A stretch of 64,000 bases of DNA, from IMG/VR virus record IMGVR_UViG_3300025736_000010, positions 1 to 64,000 of that record; one strand, written 5' to 3'. The position numbers and the translations under genes were made by a program. Position 1 is the first letter of the stretch. Every line of letters begins with the position of its first letter. Below the pieces are notes generated by a model. It made no database searches, was not told the DNA's origin, and saw only the letters and a list, made by a program, of their open reading frames with translations. The stretch comes from a virus. Below, one piece after another: positions 36,901 to 43,938 of the stretch.

Positions 36901-37732
36901 CGGATTCTATTTCGGAACGAACGATGGAAGGAGATTTATGAACAATACATTCCCAAAAGCGAAGAATGCGCAAACCGCACTTTCTCATATAGGCATCCTG
37001 AGATTTGTCGAGCGCCACTCTCTTGGATTGTCTGGCATCAAGATTAGAAAACTTATCGCGATTGCCGTGCCAGTAGTCGCCGTCGAATTGGATAACAAGT
37101 CCGCGCTCAGGAATAAATGCGTCAACGACGAATTTTTCAAACAACATAGTTTGTTTTGTATAGCCAATCTTCATGCCGTCAAGGATTTTATATCCAGCAA
37201 TCTCAAGCTTGTTCGGGCTAAGTGTTTGTTGTATGGCATTCATCTCAAGAAGGCGTTTCTTAACTGCCGGGTCGTTGTTTCTGCATGTAATAGAACAGTA
37301 AGTTGGGTTAGTCTGCTCGGCACGAGAAGGCGACAACCTATATCTCTTTCCGCATATTTTGCAGATGAATTCTATTTTATTACGCCCTTGCCATTTATTA
37401 GCACAAGCAATAGAACAGAATTTGGCTTCTTCGGAACGGCACTTTGGAGCGTAAAAGACAGTACTGCATTGTTTGCAAACACACATTTTCCCGGTTTTTC
37501 TCTTTGCGTTTCTCGACTTATTGCCGCATTCAGCAGAGCAAAACATATGTTGGTTGTACGTTTGTTGAAACTCTTTCCCGCACCATTCGCATTCGCTGAT
37601 TGGAAGCCTACTCGCGATGCCTTTGCATTTCTTAGAGCAGTAACGGCCTCCGTTCTTTTTTTTATTAGACGCGCAATCGGACCACTGAAACTCCTTCCCA
37701 CATACTTCGCAAATTCTAGTTATTTTTGGCAT
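36863..37732 (-). CDS. Zn-finger-repeat DUF559/Vsr-like endonuclease inserted in the methyltransferase
   Basis: Four C..C..F...(Y/F)CS..C repeats; VD.F...VIQFDGDYWH..D..QD.Y...G..ILRFWE; leaderless start at 37732 after promoter 37739-37767. Confidence 0.88.
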   Translation of the reverse strand: MPKITRICEVCGKEFQWSDCASNKKKNGGRYCSKKCKGIASRLPISECEWCGKEFQQTYNQHMFCSAECGNKSRNAKRKTGKMCVCKQCSTVFYAPKCRSEEAKFCSIACANKWQGRNKIEFICKICGKRYRLSPSRAEQTNPTYCSITCRNNDPAVKKRLLEMNAIQQTLSPNKLEIAGYKILDGMKIGYTKQTMLFEKFVVDAFIPERGLVIQFDGDYWHGNRDKFSNLDARQSKRVALDKSQDAYMRKCGLRILRFWECIVHKSPSIVRSEIESAIQETHVSSTPP

Positions 37733-37782
37733 GTGTATATTATACACGATACAGAACGAATTGTCAAGGCAATGGTGATAAC

Positions 37783-37884
37783 ATGATGGTTAAATACGCT
37801 GATGTGCCAGAGCATTTGAAGAAATATTTTAAGAGAAATTCCGGGGGTGATAATAGTGGGGTGCGGAATTCGCATCCTACTTGA
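37783..37884 (+). CDS. DNA methyltransferase middle fragment (33 aa, MMVKYADVPEHLKKYF...RNSHPT)
   Basis: GGTGA RBS; ends in the conserved NxHPT. Confidence 0.65.
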   Translation: MMVKYADVPEHLKKYFKRNSGGDNSGVRNSHPT

Positions 37885-38123
37885 ATGCCGTTAAGCCTAT
37901 AGACCTAACACGATGGCTAGCAACATTACTATTGCCACCAGAAGAGTATGCGCCGCGCAGAATCCTAGTGCCGTTTTCAGGCTCAGGATCAGAAATGATC
38001 GGGGCGTCATTAGCTGGCTGGGAAGAAATCGTTGGGATAGAAATGGAAGAAGAGTACGTAGAAATAGCAGAGGCGCGATTAAAGCACTGGGAAAATAAAA
38101 CAGAACAACTCAAGCTTATATAG
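37881..38123 (+). CDS. DNA methyltransferase C-terminal SAM-binding part
   Basis: VKP..L.RWL..L.LPP, VPFSGSGSE, GIE..EEY..IA..R; TTG start overlapping the upstream TGA. Confidence 0.85.
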   Translation: MNAVKPIDLTRWLATLLLPPEEYAPRRILVPFSGSGSEMIGASLAGWEEIVGIEMEEEYVEIAEARLKHWENKTEQLKLI

Positions 38124-38133
38124 AGGAGCAAAA

Positions 38134-38937
38134 ATGACAAACGCAAAAGTTATAGAAAAGAATAATGACCTAGTAGTTATCGAAGTAGACGCAGGGTATT
38201 CGGCGACGTTTCTAGAACTTCCCGGAGATTTCTCGCCAGAAAGCTTTTTCAAGGCAACTGAGGTCGTTGAAATACAAAAACAAGACTGCCATACCTGTCC
38301 GCACGCATCTTCAAGTAAATTCGACAAGATTAGGAAGGGCGTTAGTGAAGATGGTAAAAAACATGATATTCTATATGGCCGCGTGATTGGTACAAATCGA
38401 TGGGAAGTTGCGAGTTTTATGTATGAGAAGGCGGAATGGTCGGATTCTGAAGCGAAAGAACACTGCAAGAATCATGGTGGGGTCGCTTTCGAGAAGGCGG
38501 TGGGGAAGGTTGAGGAAGTGGAAGAGGTTGTCGAGGGCGGGTTTGTAGTGAAAAAGGCCGATCAGCTTCGACACCTTGTATACGGCGTAGCTCTAGATGT
38601 CAACACTGTAGATCTGCAAGGAGATTTCGAGGTACCTCTTGAAGTGGAGAAAGCGGCTCACAGATACCTACTGAATTTGTGGGCTGAAGAGAAGCCATCG
38701 ATGATTGGAGCACAACACGACTATCCTATTCCGGCGGCAATTGTGGTAGAGTCCTACATTGCGCCAGTGAGCTTCTACTTTGACGGAACTCCTCACGACG
38801 CAGATCATCTAGTAGAAAAAGGGAGCTGGATTATAGTCAGTTTAATTAGCGACGATGAAGAATTTGATCGCGTATTAAGCGGCGAGTATTCCGGTTATTC
38901 GGTGCAGGGTACTGGCCAAAGGAAACCAATAGCGTAG
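38134..38937 (+). CDS. XkdF-like prohead serine protease
   Basis: KAD...LVYG...DLQGD..EVEKAAH, VESYIAP, KGSW, GEYSGYSV.G. Confidence 0.88.
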   Translation: MTNAKVIEKNNDLVVIEVDAGYSATFLELPGDFSPESFFKATEVVEIQKQDCHTCPHASSSKFDKIRKGVSEDGKKHDILYGRVIGTNRWEVASFMYEKAEWSDSEAKEHCKNHGGVAFEKAVGKVEEVEEVVEGGFVVKKADQLRHLVYGVALDVNTVDLQGDFEVPLEVEKAAHRYLLNLWAEEKPSMIGAQHDYPIPAAIVVESYIAPVSFYFDGTPHDADHLVEKGSWIIVSLISDDEEFDRVLSGEYSGYSVQGTGQRKPIA

Positions 38938-38946
38938 AGGGAGCAA

Positions 38947-39147
38947 TTGAAAAAGAAAATAGAATATCTAACACCTAAACAGTTGCGTACAAAATTTATG
39001 CTCAGCTTGTCACGAATATACACTTTGTTGAATGACCCTGTTGACCCAATCCCTCATCACAGGATTGGCACATCTTACAGGATTATTGTTGACGAACTCG
39101 ACGATTGGCTGAAAAGACATCATAAGATAATGGGTAAAGAGCGGTGA
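38947..39147 (+). CDS. HTH_17 excisionase-like DNA-binding protein
   Basis: YLTPKQL...S.IY.L..IP..RIG..YRI..DELDDWL. Confidence 0.85.
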   Translation: MKKKIEYLTPKQLRTKFMLSLSRIYTLLNDPVDPIPHHRIGTSYRIIVDELDDWLKRHHKIMGKER

Positions 39148-39151
39148 TTCA

Positions 39152-39808
39152 GTGAATAAAGAAAAAAAGCGAGAATACAATAAGAGATATCGCGAGAAAA
39201 ACCGCGAACAAATAAGCGCCAAAAATGCTGCTTATTACGTCAAGAACAAGGAGAGGCTTTTGGCCGATCACGCTGTTTATGCAACAGGGCATAGAAAAGA
39301 GAAAAAAGAGACTAATGCTATTTATCGTGCAAACAATAAGGAGAAGAAAAAAGCCTACAACGCAGAACACAAAGAAGAAATAAAATCTTATAGCGCTGAT
39401 TATTACATTAAACATAAAGAGGAGAGAAGGGTTTACGACGCAGCTTATCGTGCTTGCCATAAGGATGAGATAAAAGCTTATAAGGATACTCACAAGGAAG
39501 AGGCAATCGCTTATCGAATCGCGAACAGGGATAAGTGCGCGGCCCATTCTGCCAAGCGGGCGGCTTTAATAAAAGAGGCTACAATAGGAGATTTAGAACA
39601 AATTTCAGAAATATACCGCCAGGCTGATGAGGACGAAGGTATAATATGTTATATATGTGGCGAGGTAATCGATCTTGGAATGCGCCACGTTGACCATGTT
39701 TTCCCCGTGAGCAAGGGAGGAGCACACTGCGCAGACAATCTGAAGATAACTCATGCGCGCTGTAACTTGATAAAAGGGTCAAAGTTGATCGAAGGAATAA
39801 ATATTTAG
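39152..39808 (+). CDS. HNH endonuclease with helical Y/K repeats
   Basis: CYICG...HVDHV.P.SKGG.H..DNL..TH..CN..KG. Confidence 0.92.
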   Translation: MNKEKKREYNKRYREKNREQISAKNAAYYVKNKERLLADHAVYATGHRKEKKETNAIYRANNKEKKKAYNAEHKEEIKSYSADYYIKHKEERRVYDAAYRACHKDEIKAYKDTHKEEAIAYRIANRDKCAAHSAKRAALIKEATIGDLEQISEIYRQADEDEGIICYICGEVIDLGMRHVDHVFPVSKGGAHCADNLKITHARCNLIKGSKLIEGINI

Positions 39809-39832
39809 ACTAGTAGTTTTGCAATAACGCAG

Positions 39833-39868
39833 AGACGCCCGCCATAACGACGGGCGTTCTTTTTTTTG
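39833..39868. terminator. intrinsic terminator
   Basis: ACGCCCG..CGGGCGT followed by a T8 tract. Confidence 0.8.
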
Positions 39869-40024
39869 CGATTGGTCAGAGCCTATCGCAGCTGGACATC
39901 TGAACAGTAATATTATACAACATTTTTCGGCTAATTGCAAGCCAAGAGCCATTTTCCCATATATCCCACACATTCCAAAAACTACTGGACAATTATACTT
40001 AATTATCGTATAATCATAATTGCT

Positions 40025-41002
40025 ATGGATGACACAAAATACTGGAACGAATTGACGGGGACACAGGGTGTTAGCGAGCTGCTGGATCTGGATATCGATA
40101 GAACAGATTTAGTTGGTTCACCGGCCATTGGACGTAAATTTCTTTTGCTGAAATCTAATGATGGCGAACACCAAAACACAGAAGTTAAAAAGGAGGAATA
40201 CATGGACAAGCTTATCGAAGTCCTAAAAGGCCTGATTGCGCACGCCGATAACTCGGATTTTGCGGATCAAGCTGTTGATGTCTTAGATCGTTTACAGAAA
40301 TCTGAAAACGAGGAAGACGTTAATGGCTTACTCAATGACCTTGAGGCGGCATTTGGCGAAAGCGATACGATTACCAAAGAGCAGTTTGGCGAATGGGCGA
40401 CTAAGGCCGAGGCACTTATCGTAAAGGATGAAGACGAGGATGAGGAAGAAGAGGAAGTTATCGAACCTGATCCTGTCGAAAAATCCGAGGACGAAGAGTC
40501 CGACGAAGAGGAAGCCGAAGAAGAGGAGGAAGACGTAATGGATAACGAGATCGAAAAATCACTCTCGGAGAAAATCGAGAAGCAGGCTGCGGAACTTAAG
40601 TTGGCGAAGGCCGATCTTAGGAAGCAGCAAGTGGAGATTGAGTCTCTTCGTGTAGAGAAACAGCGAAAAGAATTGGTAGAGAAAGCCTCTAATGATCTTA
40701 GTCATCTAGGTAAAGCCTCTGATGAAATTGGCGATCTGCTCATGTCCCTTAGACTTGCTGGAGTTCCCGACAAGATCTTTGACGGAGTTTATGGGCTGTT
40801 GAAGTCTAATAGCGAAATGATTAAGCAAAGTGGATTCTTCAATGAATTTGGCACATCTATAGAGGAAGACGAATCTGATCCTCATGTCAAGACAATGAAG
40901 TCTGCCAAAGAGCTTGTGGCGAAAGGAGATTTCCCAACAGTAGCACAAGCATATGCGTCTATCTATAAGGAAGACCCGTCTGCTTTTGACGCTGAGGAAT
41001 AA
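40025..41002 (+). CDS. capsid scaffolding protein with XkdF-type N-terminal peptide
   Basis: L.DL.IDR.DLV..PA..RKFLLLKS; acidic linker and coiled coil; F.E.G; promoter 39986-40014. Confidence 0.8.
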   Translation: MDDTKYWNELTGTQGVSELLDLDIDRTDLVGSPAIGRKFLLLKSNDGEHQNTEVKKEEYMDKLIEVLKGLIAHADNSDFADQAVDVLDRLQKSENEEDVNGLLNDLEAAFGESDTITKEQFGEWATKAEALIVKDEDEDEEEEEVIEPDPVEKSEDEESDEEEAEEEEEDVMDNEIEKSLSEKIEKQAAELKLAKADLRKQQVEIESLRVEKQRKELVEKASNDLSHLGKASDEIGDLLMSLRLAGVPDKIFDGVYGLLKSNSEMIKQSGFFNEFGTSIEEDESDPHVKTMKSAKELVAKGDFPTVAQAYASIYKEDPSAFDAEE

Positions 41003-41020
41003 AAATAGGAGGATGGTTAA

Positions 41021-41413
41021 ATGTCTACTGAAAGTTTTGGCGTAAAACAGTCGTTTAAGGCTGATGCCGATTATTCAGATAAGCAATATTACCTTATGTA
41101 TATTTCAGCTTCCGAGACGGTCACTATTTGTGGCGAGAAAGGTCTTGTTATTGGAATTATGTATGGCAAGCCTGAGTTGGGCGCATACGGTGATGTTCTT
41201 ACCGCGCCAGGTGTTATGGCGAAGGTAATTGTAGGAGATACTGTTGCCGCCGGGGATTTGCTTGAGAGCGATTCTGCCGGACGGGCCGTTGCATTTACAT
41301 ACGCGAGTGGCGGAACACACGAAACTTATACTGTTGGACGAGCAGTTACAGGCGGTGCCGAGAACGGAATTATCACGGTACTAACAGGCTTTTGCCTGGC
41401 CGGGAAATCTTAA
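41021..41413 (+). CDS. capsid decoration/cement protein (DUF2190-like)
   Basis: A.AD.S..QY, G..KV..G..V.AGD.L.SD..GRAV, GRA...G; precedes the capsid gene. Confidence 0.8.
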   Translation: MSTESFGVKQSFKADADYSDKQYYLMYISASETVTICGEKGLVIGIMYGKPELGAYGDVLTAPGVMAKVIVGDTVAAGDLLESDSAGRAVAFTYASGGTHETYTVGRAVTGGAENGIITVLTGFCLAGKS

Positions 41414-41427
41414 GGAGGCGATGACAA

Positions 41428-42444
41428 ATGACTTATATTAAGAAAACTGGAATTGCCCAACCTGGTGATGTCCATGTAGATACCGGCTTAACGATGGTTT
41501 CGGTTGCTTATAAAGAAGCTGCGGAGATGTTCCTTGCTCCTAAAGTTTTCCCGAACGTACCAGTAAAGAAGCAATCTGATCTCATCGCTAAGTTTGACAA
41601 GAATGACTGGCTCCGTAACCAGGCTAAGATTCGCGCTCCTGGCACTGAGTCTGCTGGCGGCGGGTTCGACATCGACATCTCAGATCAGTATTTCTGCGAT
41701 GTTCATGCAATGCATAATGATATTCCGCGAGAGCTTTTGGCTAACTCGGATATTGCAGACCTTTCCCCGCAGATGGCTGAGTGGGTTGTACAACAGTTGC
41801 TTATCGACCGAGAACGCGACTTTGTAACAAACTATTTTACCACAGATCTATGGGCAGACCAAACCACAGAACACGACGCTACCGGACACGCTACTAGTTC
41901 TACGTGGCCGTATTTCATCTATTTCAGTGATGGCGCAGATTCTGATCCTCTCGGAGTAATCCGAACAGGCAAGCAGAAGATCTTGTCCACGACTGGATTT
42001 GATCCTAATACACTGGTTGTTGGGCGCGAAGTGCATGATATTCTTGCACTGCATCCTGACATCAAGGAAGTGATTAAGTATACGCAGACTGGTATTGCAG
42101 ACCTTCACGGAAATGCTTTGATGGCATCTCTGTTTGGCGTTGACCGATACTTTGTTGGCAACAGCGTTTATGCCTCGAACAACGAAGGCGAGACGGCTGC
42201 TTACGCGTTTAACTTTGCAAAGAATATGCTGTTGTGTTATGTACCTAAGTCTGCCGGGCTTCTTCAGCCAGCGTCTGGGTATACATTTGAGTGGACGGGT
42301 CTTAACGGTCTCGGCTACAACACAAGCATGAGCAAGTGGTGGATGCAAAATACGCGATCATGGAGAATCGAGGGCGAAATGGCCTACGATGCTAAAATAG
42401 TTGGCAGCGACCTTGGACTATTCTTCAACGGCGCGGTTGCATAA
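41428..42444 (+). CDS. major capsid protein (lambda gpE-like)
   Basis: HVD..LT.VSVAY, VFP.VPV.KQSD, RAPG, PN.LV.G, L..HP, P.SGYTF.W. Confidence 0.9.
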   Translation: MTYIKKTGIAQPGDVHVDTGLTMVSVAYKEAAEMFLAPKVFPNVPVKKQSDLIAKFDKNDWLRNQAKIRAPGTESAGGGFDIDISDQYFCDVHAMHNDIPRELLANSDIADLSPQMAEWVVQQLLIDRERDFVTNYFTTDLWADQTTEHDATGHATSSTWPYFIYFSDGADSDPLGVIRTGKQKILSTTGFDPNTLVVGREVHDILALHPDIKEVIKYTQTGIADLHGNALMASLFGVDRYFVGNSVYASNNEGETAAYAFNFAKNMLLCYVPKSAGLLQPASGYTFEWTGLNGLGYNTSMSKWWMQNTRSWRIEGEMAYDAKIVGSDLGLFFNGAVA

Positions 42445-42465
42445 ATAAATAAGGGAGGTAATTAG

Positions 42466-42996
42466 ATGTATAAAGTACTTACGCCGTTCAACATGGGCGG
42501 AAAGAGGATCAATAGAGGCACGATGCTCGAAGATGGCGATATTGAACATAGTAGAAACTATGTATCGCTGAGAGCAGATGGATATATCGAAAAGATGGCC
42601 GACAGGTATGGCCGGGAATTCGTACCGCACTGCTATATTGCGAATCGAACGTTCACGGGAAAAGGAACAGAGTATAGGCTTAACGATTTTGTTGACCTTC
42701 GAGAAGGAGGCTGGCGAAACGAAGTCAAACTTTTAGAGTCTAAGTATCTCCGATATGCTACATTGGAAGAAGTGTTGACACACTCTCCACAAGGTTCTAT
42801 GGGGGCTACTCCCGGCCCCCTAGAGCCGCCTAAACTCTACAAGAATATAGGCTGGCTTATCAAGAGATATAAAGGTGACGGAGCTTCTATTCCAGAAATG
42901 GCTGAAGAAGCGAACTGTTCAAGATCTACACTATGGACGGCTTTGAAGAACGCAAATATTAAAACGCGATCTGTTGGACGACCGGCAGAAGCGTAA
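42466..42996 (+). CDS. hypothetical protein with C-terminal HTH
   Basis: WL..RY....S..EMAEE..CS.ST....L. Confidence 0.7.
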   Translation: MYKVLTPFNMGGKRINRGTMLEDGDIEHSRNYVSLRADGYIEKMADRYGREFVPHCYIANRTFTGKGTEYRLNDFVDLREGGWRNEVKLLESKYLRYATLEEVLTHSPQGSMGATPGPLEPPKLYKNIGWLIKRYKGDGASIPEMAEEANCSRSTLWTALKNANIKTRSVGRPAEA

Positions 42997-43037
42997 CTAA
43001 ACTTTCCATGGAGGAAAGAGAGAATAATTAAGAAGGG

Positions 43038-43916
43038 GATGATGTAGGGAGGCATAGGCCCTGGGGGTAAAATAATGAGTAGGCACATTGATGCGTCTAG
43101 CGAATTCTTGAGGCGCGAGTATGTCGATAACGGCAAAACTACGACTCAAATTGCAGATGAGGTTGGGTGCCATAGAACGACTATTATTAAAAGACTTAGT
43201 CGTTTTGGCATTCCAGCTAGGCGCGGGGGCTCTCCGTCGAATCATATAGATGTGTCTGATAATCTTTTAGAAATCTTGGACGGGAGTTTGTTGGGTGACG
43301 GTTCTATGGGAACTCAACATCGGACTTCTGCATACTACACGCTGGGACAAAAACACAGAAAATATATAGAATTTATGGCCAGCTACTTTAAGAGTCTCGA
43401 TGTTCCTTGTGGGAATATCTATAAACGGTATAGAGTTAACGATAGCGGCACAATAAGCAATTTGTTTTCTTTTAAGACCGCTGACTGCGTAGAACTGTTA
43501 GAACAACTAGATAGATGGTATCCACGAGGAATAAAGATTGTACCTAAGGATGTTAGATTAACGCCATTAGCAATGAGAACGTGGTTTCTAGAAGATGGTT
43601 CTTTTTACACGAAAGGTGGATGCACTTTGGGCACAATTAGACTACATACGAATTGGTTCACAGAAGAAGATGTTCGTATGCTTATAGATAGGCTAAAAAT
43701 CTTACTAAACACACCACGAATCAACTTTAGGTTGAGCAAAGGAAAATACCCAGAAATACAATTTGGGCACAAAGATGCAGTACAGAAGTTTTTTGACTAT
43801 ATTGGGCCTTTTCCGAAAGAACTTTATAAGGATTATGGCTATAAAATGTTAGATAATCGGGATTTCATCGAGAAAGAAGCAAATTAGAACGGAAGATAAT
43901 GTTGGGAGGCATAGGC
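43038..43916 (+). repeat. 22-bp direct repeats flanking the LAGLIDADG gene
   Basis: GATGATGTAGGGAGGCATAGGC (43038-59) and GATAATGTTGGGAGGCATAGGC (43895-916). Confidence 0.8.
43075..43887 (+). CDS. LAGLIDADG homing endonuclease with N-terminal HTH
   Basis: ILDGSLLGDGS; WY..G.K.VP..LTP.A...WFLEDGS; LHT..F. Confidence 0.92.
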   Translation: MSRHIDASSEFLRREYVDNGKTTTQIADEVGCHRTTIIKRLSRFGIPARRGGSPSNHIDVSDNLLEILDGSLLGDGSMGTQHRTSAYYTLGQKHRKYIEFMASYFKSLDVPCGNIYKRYRVNDSGTISNLFSFKTADCVELLEQLDRWYPRGIKIVPKDVRLTPLAMRTWFLEDGSFYTKGGCTLGTIRLHTNWFTEEDVRMLIDRLKILLNTPRINFRLSKGKYPEIQFGHKDAVQKFFDYIGPFPKELYKDYGYKMLDNRDFIEKEAN

Positions 43917-43938
43917 TTCTAGGAGTTGAGGCGAATAT

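Noticed and set aside
36884-37786. 300-aa + strand ORF
   Set aside because: Antisense shadow of the endonuclease; no motifs or RBS.
36820-37860. Group I intron or split intein in the methyltransferase
   Set aside because: No recognisable P7 core, no Cys/Ser1 or His-Asn termini; the ORF is antisense with its own promoter. A covariance search is still needed to exclude an intron fully.
38947-39147. Prophage excision module
   Set aside because: An HTH_17 gene alone; no integrase or att site in the window.
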